NCBI GenBank assembly: GCA_045602205.1
Contig: JAZSBF010000084.1
Coordinates: 1 to 46,342, forward strand
Length of the DNA: 46,342 bases
Source: Eubacteriales bacterium
GTDB taxonomy: Bacteria; Bacillota; Clostridia; Oscillospirales; CAG-272
Direction: 5' to 3'
Shown here: positions 26,182-36,447 of the stretch, piece by piece
Position numbering within the stretch: position 1 is the first letter of the stretch
Layout: the number at the start of each line of letters is the position of its first letter
Translations under genes and position numbers: made by a program
The notes under the pieces: model-generated
Told to the model about the DNA's origin: nothing
Seen by the model: only the letters and a program-made list of their open reading frames with translations
Databases searched by the model: none

Positions 26182-28827
26182 ATGAAATTTTATCTTGAAG
26201 AAAAAGAGAACGTTATTTCCGAGTTAAATTCTTCCCCGCAGGGTCTTTCTTCCGAGGAAGCCGCACGCAGACTTGAAGAAAACGGAAAAAATGCGCTCAA
26301 AGCGGCAAAGCCAAAATCTCTTATAAGAAGATTTTTTGAACAGCTTGCAGACCCGATGACGATAATCCTCATCGTTGCCGCGGCTGTCAGCGGCGCTTTG
26401 GCGGTGTATGAAACTATCAACCACCCCGGAGAAGGCGAAGGCTTTACTGACGTTATTATTATACTTGCAGTCGTTCTGATAAACGCGATACTCGGAGTTT
26501 ATCAGGAAAGTAAGGCAGAGAAGGCAATAGAAGCCTTGCAGCAAATGTCTGCCGCGACCTCAAAGGTCTTAAGAGACGGAAAGCTTCAGATAGTACGCAG
26601 CGAAGACCTTGTTATCGGAGATGTAATTATTCTTGAAGCAGGCGACGCTGTTCCCGCTGACGCAAGAATCATCGAGGATGCCAGCCTCAAGGTCGAGGAA
26701 GCCGCTCTTACGGGAGAATCTGTTCCCGTTACTAAGTTTATTGATATTATAAATCTGCGTGAGGGCGAAAAGGATGTCTCGCTCGGCGACAGAAAAAACA
26801 TGCTTTATATGGGTTCGACCGTTGTTTACGGACGCGGTGTCGCAGTCGTTACCGCAACGGGTATGGACACCGAAATGGGTAAGATCGCAGACGCGCTTGC
26901 AAGCGCGGAGGAAGGCGAAACTCCCCTCCAGATAAAGCTTCACCAGCTTTCAAAGATCCTTACTTGGTTGGTTATCGGTATCTCTGTTATCGTATTCGGA
27001 GTTCAGCTCCTTCGTCACGGATCGTTCGACTTTGAATTTGCGCTCGACGCCTTTATGATCGCGATATCTCTTGCTGTTGCAGCTATTCCCGAGGGACTTG
27101 CGGCAGTCGTTACAGTAGTTCTTTCTATCGGCGTTACGAATATGTCAAAGAGAAACGCTATCATACGCCGTCTCACAGCCGTTGAAACGCTTGGATGCGC
27201 ACAGATAATCTGCTCTGACAAAACAGGTACGCTTACTCAGAACAAAATGACTGTCGTCGACCACTTTGGAGACGACCAAAACCACCTTGCGACCGCAATG
27301 GCTCTCTGCTGTGATGCCGAAATAGACGATGCGGGCGAGGTAACAGGAGAGCCGACAGAGGCAGCTCTCGTTGCTTGGGCGTATAAGCTCGAGATTAGCA
27401 AGAACGTCCTTAAGACAGAGCTCCCCAGAAGCGGAGAGGCTCCTTTCGACTCAAGCAGAAAGATGATGTCTACCGTCCATAGAAGAGAGGCTGATTTCAT
27501 TCAGTTCACCAAGGGCGCTCCCGACGTCGTTATAAACAAATGTAAGTATTACCTCAAGGACGGCGCTCCCGTTCCTATGACAGAGGAATACAAGTCAGAA
27601 ATTCTCACAGCTAACAAGGCTATGGCAGATAGAGCTCTCAGAGTTCTTGCTTGTGCCGAGAGAATATATACCTCCGAGCCCACCTCGTACGAGGCTGAGC
27701 TTCTTGAGACAGATCTTTGCTTCATCGGTCTTACGGGTATGATCGACCCTGTTCGTCCCGAGGTAAAGGATGCTATCGTTGAGTGTCGCAATGCCGGTAT
27801 TCGTCCCATTATGATAACAGGAGACCATATCGACACCGCAACGGCAATAGCTAAAGAGCTCGGTATCATAGGTGAAGAACAGTACGCCATCACAGGCGCT
27901 CAACTGAATGATATGAGCGACGAAGAATTTGAAAAGCACTTTATGAACATCAGCGTTTACGCGAGAGTTCAGCCCGAGCACAAGACAAGGATCGTCACCG
28001 CATGGCGCAACGCAGGCTATGTGACCGCTATGACAGGAGACGGTGTAAACGACGCCCCCTCGATAAAGTCGGCGGATATCGGCGTTGGTATGGGTATCAC
28101 AGGTACGGACGTAACCAAAAATGTTGCGGATATGGTCCTTGCCGACGACAACTTTGCAACTATCGTCAATGCAGTCGAGGAAGGCCGTCGTATATATGAC
28201 AACATCAGAAAAGCTATTCAGTTCTTGCTTGGCTCTAATCTCAGCGAGGTGCTCTGTATCTTCATTGCAACGCTTATTGGATTTACCATACTTGAACCCG
28301 TTCACCTTCTTTGGATCAACCTTGTAACAGATACTTTTCCTGCTATCGCTCTTGGTGTGGAAAAGGCAGAGCCCAATGTTATGAAGAGATCTCCCCGTTC
28401 TTCAAAATCGGGAATCTTCTCGGACGGACTTGGAATAAACGTCGCTTATCAGGGCGCGCTCGTAACAGCTTTGGTGCTTACCTCTTACTTTATAGGAAAC
28501 TCGTTTGGCGGCGCAAGTCACGGTATGACTATGGCGTTCCTTACGCTCTCAATGGCTGAGATATTCCACAGTATAAATATGCGCTCTGTTCGTGAAAGTA
28601 TCTTCGGATTGAGATCCACAAATAAGCTTCTCATTTTTGCAGCTTTAGCTTCTTTCCTTGCGACGACCTTGGTTTGCGAGATCCCCTTCCTTGCGACTGC
28701 ATTTGGATTTGTTCCCGTCGGAATAAAGGAATATCTGATAGCTATGGGACTTGGTCTTGTTGTTATCCCCATAGTAGAGATAGTAAAGCTCTTCCAGAGA
28801 ATTTATTACAACAAAAAACAGCTTTGA
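26182..28827 (+). CDS. P-type IIA cation-transporting ATPase (Ca2+/Mn2+ efflux, YoaB/YloB-like)
   Basis: TGES, AIPEGL, CSDKTGTLT, KGAP, DPVR, MITGD, TGDGVNDAP; start ATG 26182. Confidence 0.95.
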   Translation: MKFYLEEKENVISELNSSPQGLSSEEAARRLEENGKNALKAAKPKSLIRRFFEQLADPMTIILIVAAAVSGALAVYETINHPGEGEGFTDVIIILAVVLINAILGVYQESKAEKAIEALQQMSAATSKVLRDGKLQIVRSEDLVIGDVIILEAGDAVPADARIIEDASLKVEEAALTGESVPVTKFIDIINLREGEKDVSLGDRKNMLYMGSTVVYGRGVAVVTATGMDTEMGKIADALASAEEGETPLQIKLHQLSKILTWLVIGISVIVFGVQLLRHGSFDFEFALDAFMIAISLAVAAIPEGLAAVVTVVLSIGVTNMSKRNAIIRRLTAVETLGCAQIICSDKTGTLTQNKMTVVDHFGDDQNHLATAMALCCDAEIDDAGEVTGEPTEAALVAWAYKLEISKNVLKTELPRSGEAPFDSSRKMMSTVHRREADFIQFTKGAPDVVINKCKYYLKDGAPVPMTEEYKSEILTANKAMADRALRVLACAERIYTSEPTSYEAELLETDLCFIGLTGMIDPVRPEVKDAIVECRNAGIRPIMITGDHIDTATAIAKELGIIGEEQYAITGAQLNDMSDEEFEKHFMNISVYARVQPEHKTRIVTAWRNAGYVTAMTGDGVNDAPSIKSADIGVGMGITGTDVTKNVADMVLADDNFATIVNAVEEGRRIYDNIRKAIQFLLGSNLSEVLCIFIATLIGFTILEPVHLLWINLVTDTFPAIALGVEKAEPNVMKRSPRSSKSGIFSDGLGINVAYQGALVTALVLTSYFIGNSFGGASHGMTMAFLTLSMAEIFHSINMRSVRESIFGLRSTNKLLIFAALASFLATTLVCEIPFLATAFGFVPVGIKEYLIAMGLGLVVIPIVEIVKLFQRIYYNKKQL

Positions 28828-28828
28828 T

Positions 28829-28870
28829 AAAAAGCATAGCCCATCGGCTCTATGATGCCGATGGGCTTTT
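28829..28870. terminator. Terminator between the convergent ATPase and ftsK genes
   Basis: AGCCCATCGGC...GCCGATGGGCT-TTT. Confidence 0.8.
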
Positions 28871-28886
28871 CGTATTCAATTCGGGG

Positions 28887-31619
28887 TCATTCTCCATCTC
28901 CACCAAGCTCATTATCAACTATACGGCGCATATACTCCTCCATAGTTATAAGAACTCGTCTGGGCTTGTTTCCGTCGGGCTTTGAGACGTATCCCATCTC
29001 CTCCATGGTATCTATCATCTTTGCGGCTCTGCCGTAGCCTACGCCAAGACGTCTTTGCATAAGAGATGTGGATATCTTGCCTTCCTCGATCGCAAGCTTA
29101 ACAGCCTCACTGAATTTAGAGTCCCCCCCTTGTACGTCCGAGCCGTCTCCGCCATCGAAGCTTGAGCCGCCGCCCGCGTTTGCTCCCTTCTTGGACATAC
29201 CGCAAAGCTTAGCGTTTTCCTCCATACTGCTGATAAATTCTTTGTTGTACTTAACAGTGGAGTTGTTCTCCTTGATAAAGGTCACTATCTTTTCTACCTC
29301 GGGGTCGCTTACGAAAGCGCCCTGAACTCGAACAGGCTTTGCCGCGCCGACAGGAGCAAAAAGCATATCTCCGTATCCTATAAGATTTTCAGCGCCCGCA
29401 ACGTCAATTATCGTTCTGGAGTCTACCTGCGAGGTTACCGTGCACGCGATACGTGACGGAATGTTTGCCTTTATAAGACCGGTAATAACGTCAACAGAAG
29501 GTCTTTGAGTACCGAGTATTACATGGATACCCGCCGCACGAGCCTTTTGAGCAAGACGGCATATTGAGGTCTCGACCTCGTCACGCGCCGTCATCATAAG
29601 GTCAGCAAGCTCGTCTATGATTATGACCATCTTGGGCATATATTCCTTGTCCGGATCATCTGCGGTCACCTCGTTGTAAGCCTCGATATTTCTTACACCC
29701 ACCGACTTTATAAGCTCGAAGCGGCGCTCCATTTCGGCCACAGCGGATGCAAGCGCGCCCGCCGCCTTCTTGGGCTCGCTGACGATAGGACAATAGAGAT
29801 GAGGTATGTTCTCGTATACGGTAAACTCGACCTGCTTGGGATCTATAAGTATAAGCTTGACCTCGTCGGGACGAGCCTTGTAGAGAATACTCAGGATTAT
29901 CGTGTTTATACATACCGACTTACCCGAACCCGTAGTACCCGCGATAAGCAAGTGAGGCATCTTTCCTACGTCAAAGAAAACGGGATTTCCTGCAACGTCC
30001 ATACCGAGACAAGAGGTAATTCGGCTCTTTGCATCGGTAAATTTGGGATTTTCAATAAGGTCGCGGAGATACACCGTAGCCCTTTCTCTGTTAGGAACTT
30101 CTATTCCTACGGCAGGCTTGTTGGGTATGGGCGCTTCTATACGAACACCCGACGTAGCAAGATTGAGCGCGATATCATCGACAAGATTGGCGATAGCTCT
30201 TACTCTCGTGCCCGCCTCGGGCTTAAGCTCATATCTCGTTATCGTAGGTCCGCGTGAATATGTTATCTCGCGGATACTTACCTTGAAGCTCTTGAGCGTT
30301 TCCATAAGTATCTTAGCGTTTTCCTGAAGCTCTTGAGTAAAATCGTTCTGCTGTGTATTTTTGTTCATCACAAGCATATCAACGGGAGGAAATACGTAAG
30401 GAAGTTCTACCTCCGTGACCTCTTCCTCATCGACACCTTCATTAGGAGCAACACCCTCAAGATCGGAAAGAAACTCGTCAGAGCCTATCTCTCCAAGGTG
30501 TATCTCCTCAACATCAAGTGTCTCGCTCGCGTCTTCGACGTCCTCCTCGGACTTAAGACTGTCTATAATACTTGATATTCCCGCAAACTCCGTATTATCA
30601 AATACAGGGTCTCCGCCAAAATCTTCGCCTATAATCTCTTCTTCGTCCTCACCGTCCGTCTGCTCGACTTGGTCGCTGACGCCACCCTCGGACTTCGCGT
30701 TCGCTGCTCTGTTTGCAAATTCCTCAGAAGGTCCTATATAAACCTCTTTATATTCGGGCTCGTCTATGACATCGCTTTCACCGCCATCGTTGTCCATCAT
30801 CTCGTCAACAGACATTCCCTTTGACATCTTTTCCGCTTTTGCCGTGTTATTTACAGCTTCTGCTGTCTGCGACCGCCTATCCGGCTTAACTGCCGCTGCC
30901 AAAAGCTCCTCCTGTTCTCTTTCCTCAGCTTCCCTTTCTTCACGGCGTATTCTGTTTTTCTCACGTATATAGATTATTATTCTGTCGGGTGTAAGACCGA
31001 TCATAAATACCACAACAAAGGCAAGTACCGTTATTATTATGATTACCGATATGACCGATTCAAAGCCCATAACCATAAGAGCGGCAATAATTCCGCCTAT
31101 AACTCCGCCGCCTTCAAGATCTTGTCCGGCCTCCCAAAAATCAGCGATATCTATGCCGTCGTGGGCATCCGAGAAAACACCGATGAGCGCCGCAAGAAAT
31201 ACTACAAGCAAACAAGCCATGACGGTTTGAAGAATATTTCTCTTTCTGTATGAATCGATAGCATCCTCGCTATCCCCATCATTTTCCTTTATGTTATAGA
31301 GACACCATTTGACTCCCACGTATATAAAGGCAAGCGGAACAAGGAAAGCCGAAGCACCAAAAAGACCGCACCAAAATTTCTGTATAAAGCCTCCGATAAC
31401 TCCCGCTCCGTCATCCATCTGCAATATCTGAACGGTAAAGAAAGCCACAAGAAAGATAAGACCCAGCATTATCAACAGATACGGGGTTATGCTTTTCATA
31501 ACCGTGTTATCTTTCTTTGCACAGACCGAAGCAGCCTTTTGCGCTCTTTTATTTGAGCTTTGAGCATTTGATCTGGCTTTTCCGCTATTTTTATTATTTT
31601 TCTTAACTTGATTTGCCAT
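28887..31619 (-). CDS. ftsK: DNA translocase FtsK/SpoIIIE
   Basis: N-terminal TM domain, acidic linker, PHLLIAGTTGSGKS, LIDPKQVE, IIDELADLM, QRPSVDVITG and gamma domain QRRLGVGYGRAA; promoter TTGAAA-17-TATAAT at 31728-31700. Confidence 0.96.
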   Translation of the reverse strand: MANQVKKNNKNSGKARSNAQSSNKRAQKAASVCAKKDNTVMKSITPYLLIMLGLIFLVAFFTVQILQMDDGAGVIGGFIQKFWCGLFGASAFLVPLAFIYVGVKWCLYNIKENDGDSEDAIDSYRKRNILQTVMACLLVVFLAALIGVFSDAHDGIDIADFWEAGQDLEGGGVIGGIIAALMVMGFESVISVIIIITVLAFVVVFMIGLTPDRIIIYIREKNRIRREEREAEEREQEELLAAAVKPDRRSQTAEAVNNTAKAEKMSKGMSVDEMMDNDGGESDVIDEPEYKEVYIGPSEEFANRAANAKSEGGVSDQVEQTDGEDEEEIIGEDFGGDPVFDNTEFAGISSIIDSLKSEEDVEDASETLDVEEIHLGEIGSDEFLSDLEGVAPNEGVDEEEVTEVELPYVFPPVDMLVMNKNTQQNDFTQELQENAKILMETLKSFKVSIREITYSRGPTITRYELKPEAGTRVRAIANLVDDIALNLATSGVRIEAPIPNKPAVGIEVPNRERATVYLRDLIENPKFTDAKSRITSCLGMDVAGNPVFFDVGKMPHLLIAGTTGSGKSVCINTIILSILYKARPDEVKLILIDPKQVEFTVYENIPHLYCPIVSEPKKAAGALASAVAEMERRFELIKSVGVRNIEAYNEVTADDPDKEYMPKMVIIIDELADLMMTARDEVETSICRLAQKARAAGIHVILGTQRPSVDVITGLIKANIPSRIACTVTSQVDSRTIIDVAGAENLIGYGDMLFAPVGAAKPVRVQGAFVSDPEVEKIVTFIKENNSTVKYNKEFISSMEENAKLCGMSKKGANAGGGSSFDGGDGSDVQGGDSKFSEAVKLAIEEGKISTSLMQRRLGVGYGRAAKMIDTMEEMGYVSKPDGNKPRRVLITMEEYMRRIVDNELGGDGE

Positions 31620-31767
31620 TGTAGGACATATCTCCCTTACTTATTTTTACAGTTTATTTTAAATTACTTAGGTGAAACTAATATATACGATACACAATAA
31701 TTATACCATATCATAAGCTCGGTTTCAAGAAATACTTTCAATAATTTCTATTTTTCAAGGAGATTTT

Positions 31768-32145
31768 ATGCAAAAAGTAATAAAAGATAAATTTTTTCTG
31801 CCCTTAATGGGGTTTTTGTCGGGACTTGCCAACGGTCTTTTGGGAGCGGGAGGCGGAATAATCATTGTTTACGCCTTAAGATATAAGCTTGGCGAGATCG
31901 ATTGCGACACTCGCGACATATTCGCTAACGCGCTATGCGTTATGCTTCCTATCTCCGCGCTCTCCTGTATTCTTTACGCAAGAGCGGGAAATCTATCGGT
32001 TTCGGGGCTTGGAGTTTATATACTCCCCGCGATCCTCGGGGGACTTGCGGGCGGCGCTATACTTGGAAAGATCAACACAGGCTTTCTCAAAAAGCTGTTT
32101 GCGGCTCTCGTTATCTATTCGGGAATAACACTTATGATGAAATAG
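31768..32145 (+). CDS. Half-size TauE/SafE (TSUP) family membrane protein
   Basis: GLANGLLGAGGGII...GGLAGG...LKKLFA; RBS AAGGAG. Confidence 0.8.
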   Translation: MQKVIKDKFFLPLMGFLSGLANGLLGAGGGIIIVYALRYKLGEIDCDTRDIFANALCVMLPISALSCILYARAGNLSVSGLGVYILPAILGGLAGGAILGKINTGFLKKLFAALVIYSGITLMMK

Positions 32146-32156
32146 GAGGATATATT

Positions 32157-32543
32157 TTGATATTTACAGTTATAGCGTCTTTTTTTATCGCTCTGCTTTC
32201 CGGAATGGGAGTTGGAGGCGGCGGACTTTTCGTGGTCTTTCTCAATATTTTCACCGACACTCCTCAGCTCACAGCGCAAGGGATAAATCTTCTCTTCTTC
32301 CTTTTTTCATCGGGAAGCGCGGTCTGCATTCACCTTACACGGCGCGTCATATATACGTCTGCCGTTATTACTATGATAATATTCGGGCTTTTTGGCGGAC
32401 TCTTTGGATCTCTGCTCTCCTCGCGCATTCCGCAAACACTGCTCAGAAAAATATTCGGTGCTATGCTTGTAGCGTCAGGAATTCTCTCGCTGAAGCAAAA
32501 ATCCCCCTCTAACGTCCGAGAAGCTTTAAGGAAGCGTCGGTAA
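32157..32543 (+). CDS. Half-size TauE/SafE (TSUP) family membrane protein
   Basis: TTG start after AGGAGG; LSGMGVGGGG...QLTAQGINLLFF...LRKIFG. The upstream part of the track ORF 31935-32543 is spurious. Confidence 0.8.
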   Translation: MIFTVIASFFIALLSGMGVGGGGLFVVFLNIFTDTPQLTAQGINLLFFLFSSGSAVCIHLTRRVIYTSAVITMIIFGLFGGLFGSLLSSRIPQTLLRKIFGAMLVASGILSLKQKSPSNVREALRKRR

Positions 32544-33630
32544 CGACGGTATCTATTCCGTAAATTATCAATATCTTATCTGCCTTCGCGCGCTCTATTT
32601 CCTCTCCTATCCTTCCCTCAAAATAGCGAAGGTCGTACATCTCGATATTAAAATGACACGCCAAAAACGGCACAAGACAATTTGCGAAGCTGTCTTTTAT
32701 TATCACAAGCGTATCGCGCTCACCCTCTCCGTATATTCCTATATGCCCAAAATTACCCCCCAAAAAGACCCCGTATTTATCCTTTGTCAACGCCTTTTCC
32801 ATAAAATAAAGGCTGTCGCAGAGCTCGTCTGTATCGTAATTTACTACCGAATATTCCCCTTTTCCGCGAAGTATAAAAAGCTCGTCGGCTACCCCGCCTG
32901 AAATACCGGATTCCGACCATACAGAGCCGAAAAACTCGCGGCTTACACTTTCATACTCAAAGCTCGATAGTTCCTCTGCCTCATCGCCAAAGCGTGAGAT
33001 TATTTTTTTATAGCCCTCATATGCCCCAAGAGGCGTCCAATGATGGTCGTTTCTGTAAAAGACGTATCCTCCCCTCTCCGCCGACTTCTCTATCTCGGAA
33101 TTGGCGACAAGAATCTCGGGTATCTCTCTGTGTGCCATCTCCCACAGCGATCTGTCTTCGGAATTTGAATAGATACCGGGCACTTTATCCTTTAGCACGT
33201 CGATACCTCGCGGAGCGAAAAAGACCTCTGTTTTTATTCCCTCCGACCCGTATTTTTGGCAAAAATCCTCTATTGCAGCGAGATTTTCGGTATAAAGAGA
33301 GTTATCCTCATATCTGTGAGCTTTTATGAGATATCCATCCGCGCCAAAAATGATGCCGTTATTCTCTCCCCTCATCATAGCACGTTCGCTAAGTGCCTTA
33401 AACGAAGTAAAATATCTTCTGAGGGGGAATTGGTCCTCGTAAAATCTACCAAGTCGATACGAGAAATCGCCGTCCAAAATACTCTCTGCCGATATTTTCG
33501 GAAATCCGTTCAGCACTCTGTTTTCATCCTCCGAAAAGCTTTTATGCTCTCGAACCAGAACCGAAATACCAAGAGCCGCGACAAGTGCGGCGCACCCTGC
33601 GATAAAAGCCTTATCTGCCCTTTTTTTCAT
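32509..33630 (-). CDS. DHHW family protein (AlgX/AlgJ-like SGNH O-acetyltransferase-related)
   Basis: N-terminal TM, SEDENR, DQFPLR, YRNDHHWTPLGAY, IKDSFAN, DLRYF; RBS GAGGTG. Confidence 0.85.
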   Translation of the reverse strand: MKKRADKAFIAGCAALVAALGISVLVREHKSFSEDENRVLNGFPKISAESILDGDFSYRLGRFYEDQFPLRRYFTSFKALSERAMMRGENNGIIFGADGYLIKAHRYEDNSLYTENLAAIEDFCQKYGSEGIKTEVFFAPRGIDVLKDKVPGIYSNSEDRSLWEMAHREIPEILVANSEIEKSAERGGYVFYRNDHHWTPLGAYEGYKKIISRFGDEAEELSSFEYESVSREFFGSVWSESGISGGVADELFILRGKGEYSVVNYDTDELCDSLYFMEKALTKDKYGVFLGGNFGHIGIYGEGERDTLVIIKDSFANCLVPFLACHFNIEMYDLRYFEGRIGEEIERAKADKILIIYGIDTVVTDASLKLLGR

Positions 33631-33701
33631 AACATCACCTCTTCTGATAGTATGGCTTATTGGCTTTGATTTTATTTAGATAGCGACATCTATGAAAAAA
33701 C

Positions 33702-33735
33702 GAGACTGTCTCAAAATTACATTTGAAACAGTCTC
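33702..33735. repeat. 34-bp palindromic element, copy 2 (terminator after alaS)
   Basis: GAGACTGTCTCAAAATTACATTTGAAACAGTCTC; the adjacent A-run gives a U-tract on the minus strand. Confidence 0.75.
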
Positions 33736-33752
33736 ATTAAGACTATATTAGA

Positions 33753-36395
33753 TTATTTTATCATACCCTCAAGCGTTGTTTTTGCAAGCTCAAGCGCATC
33801 TGATATCTTAGATACGTCGCTTCCGCCCGCCATAGCATTGTCAGGACGTCCGCCGCCCTTTCCGCCTGTCACAGCCGCAACTGCGCCTACAAGCTTGCCT
33901 GCGTGAGCGCCTGCCGAAACAGCATCCTTGCCTGCCACAGCTATAAAGTTAAGCTTTCCGTTTGCGTTTACGGCAAGGACCGCTACGATATCGGAATTGT
34001 TTGCCTTAAGCTCGTCAGCAAGAGTACGAGCCGCGTCAAGCTGCATATCGTCAAGCTTTGCAGAGACCAGACGGACTCCGCCGATCTGTACCGCCCCCGC
34101 AAGAATATCTCCAAGCTTAGAAGCCGCGAGCTTAGAGTTAAGAGCGTCTATCTCGCCCTTAGCCGCGTGAAGCTCCTCACGTACAATAGATGCTCGCTTT
34201 GCGATGTCAGAGGGATTCTGAGCCTTAAGCTCTGCCGCCGTGTCAGCTATAAGCTTCTGCTGATCCGCGATTATAGAAAGCACTCCAAGACCTGTCTTCG
34301 CCTCTACTCTTCTGACGCCTGCCGCAACAGAGGATTCCGATACTATCTTGAAAAGACCTATTTTTGCAGTATTGTCAAGGTGTGTTCCTCCGCAGAATTC
34401 AACAGAGAAGTCACCCATCTTTACAACGCGTACGATCTTTCCGTATTTCTCTCCAAACAGAGCCATAGCTCCAAGCTTCTTAGCCTCGTCAAGTTCCATC
34501 TCTTTCATAGAAACATTCTCGCCAAAGAGTATATAAGAGTTAACAAGAGCCTCGACCGAAGCGAGCTCCTCCTTGGTCATAGCCGCAAAGTGAGTAAAGT
34601 CAAAGCGAACGTGGTCGTTGTCAACATAAGAGCCTGCCTGCTCAACGTGGTTGCCAAGCACCTTGCGAAGCGCCGCCTGAAGCAAGTGGCAGGACGAATG
34701 CGCTCTCATAATAGCTTTACGTCTTACCTCGTCAAGTACAGCCTTAACGCTGTCTCCAACCTTAAGAGTTCCGTTTGCGAGTGAGCAAATATGGAGATAA
34801 ACTCCGTCGTTTTTCTTTGTGTCAATTACATTTATCAAAAGATTTTCAGCGCTTATAAGACCTGTGTCTCCTACCTGTCCGCCGCCCTCTCCGTAGAAGG
34901 GAGTTTTGTCAAGAACTACTGTAAATTCGCCCTCGCTGACAGTCTCGACAGAGCGCGCTCCGTCCTCATCCTCGATAATTATAGCGAGAACCTTTGCGTC
35001 GGACTCAAACGCGCCGTAGCCAACGAATTCGGTCTTGGGAAGGTCTGCAAGCATCTGCTTTGAGGTCTCGTCCCAACCGCCGATATTTCCTCTTGCCGCT
35101 CTTGCTCTTTCCTTCTGAGCCGTCATAAGCGCCGTAAATGTATCCTCGTCGATATTGAGATTATTTTCCGCAACTATCTCACGTGTAAGGTCTATCGGGA
35201 ATCCAAAGGTATCGTAAAGCTTGAATACGTCCTCACCGTCGATGACAGTCTTATTTGCGGCTGTCGCCTCACGGATAATACTCGAAAGGATATTCAGTCC
35301 CGCATCGATGGTAGCATCGAATCTGGTCTCCTCGTTCTCTATTACCTTAATGATATAATTTTTCTTTTCGCCAAGCTCGGGATATGCGGAAATATTCTCG
35401 CCGATAACCACCTCGCAAAGCTCTGCAAGGAAGGCTCTGTTTATACCGAGGAGCTTTCCGTGACGGCAAGCTCTGCGCAAAATTCTGCGAAGAACGTAGC
35501 CTCTGCCCTCGTTGGAAGGAATAACGCCGTCGCATATCATAAAGGTAGCGCTTCTGATGTGGTCGGTAACAACACGGATAGAAACGTCGTTCTTTGCGTC
35601 AACGCCGTACTCCTTGTCCGCTATCGAGCAAACCGTGTTAAGTATCTTTCTTACGGTATCGACTTCAAAGAGGTTGTCCACTCCCTGCATAACGCAAGCA
35701 AGTCTCTCAAGCCCCATACCCGTATCTATATTCTTCTGAGTAAGCTCTGTGTAATTGCCGTTTCCATCGTTGTTGAACTGAGAGAAAACGTTGTTCCAGA
35801 TCTCCATAAATCTGTCGCAGTCGCATCCCGGCTTACAATCGGGAGATCCGCAGCCGTATTTTTCTCCGCGGTCAAAATATATCTCAGAGCAAGGTCCGCA
35901 GGGGCCAGAGCCGTGCTCCCAGAAGTTATCTGCCTTGCCGAGTCTCACTATTCTCTCGGCGGGAACACCTATCTTCTTGTTCCATATCTCAAAGGCTTCC
36001 TCGTCATTCTCGTAGATAGAGGGCCAGAGAAGCTCTGCGGGGATCTCGAGCCATTCGGTAAGAAATTCCCACGCCCACGGAATAGCCTCATCCTTGAAAT
36101 AATCTCCAAACGAAAAGTTTCCGAGCATTTCAAAATACGTGCCGTGACGAGCGGTGTGTCCAACTCGCTCAAGGTCGGGTGTACGAATACACTTCTGGCA
36201 GGTAGTTACACGGTTGCGGGGAGGGATCTCCTCTCCTGTAAAATACTTTTTCATGGGAGCCATTCCCGAGTTTATAAGAAGAAGAGATTTGTCATTGATC
36301 GGCACAAGCGGAAAAGAGGGGAGTCTCAAGTGTCCCTTTGACTCAAAAAAAGATAAATACTTTTCGCGCAAGTCGTTAAGTGATGTCCACTGCAT
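33753..36395 (-). CDS. alaS: Alanyl-tRNA synthetase
   Basis: INSGMAP, CQKCIRT, FEMLGNFSFGDYFK, IDTGMGLER, HSSCH editing motif, EFCGGTH, GGKGGGRP. Confidence 0.97.
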   Translation of the reverse strand: MQWTSLNDLREKYLSFFESKGHLRLPSFPLVPINDKSLLLINSGMAPMKKYFTGEEIPPRNRVTTCQKCIRTPDLERVGHTARHGTYFEMLGNFSFGDYFKDEAIPWAWEFLTEWLEIPAELLWPSIYENDEEAFEIWNKKIGVPAERIVRLGKADNFWEHGSGPCGPCSEIYFDRGEKYGCGSPDCKPGCDCDRFMEIWNNVFSQFNNDGNGNYTELTQKNIDTGMGLERLACVMQGVDNLFEVDTVRKILNTVCSIADKEYGVDAKNDVSIRVVTDHIRSATFMICDGVIPSNEGRGYVLRRILRRACRHGKLLGINRAFLAELCEVVIGENISAYPELGEKKNYIIKVIENEETRFDATIDAGLNILSSIIREATAANKTVIDGEDVFKLYDTFGFPIDLTREIVAENNLNIDEDTFTALMTAQKERARAARGNIGGWDETSKQMLADLPKTEFVGYGAFESDAKVLAIIIEDEDGARSVETVSEGEFTVVLDKTPFYGEGGGQVGDTGLISAENLLINVIDTKKNDGVYLHICSLANGTLKVGDSVKAVLDEVRRKAIMRAHSSCHLLQAALRKVLGNHVEQAGSYVDNDHVRFDFTHFAAMTKEELASVEALVNSYILFGENVSMKEMELDEAKKLGAMALFGEKYGKIVRVVKMGDFSVEFCGGTHLDNTAKIGLFKIVSESSVAAGVRRVEAKTGLGVLSIIADQQKLIADTAAELKAQNPSDIAKRASIVREELHAAKGEIDALNSKLAASKLGDILAGAVQIGGVRLVSAKLDDMQLDAARTLADELKANNSDIVAVLAVNANGKLNFIAVAGKDAVSAGAHAGKLVGAVAAVTGGKGGGRPDNAMAGGSDVSKISDALELAKTTLEGMIK

Positions 36396-36447
36396 AGATT
36401 AAAAGCCTAACCTTTCTTTACGTTTATTAATGTAATTCTAAATATTT

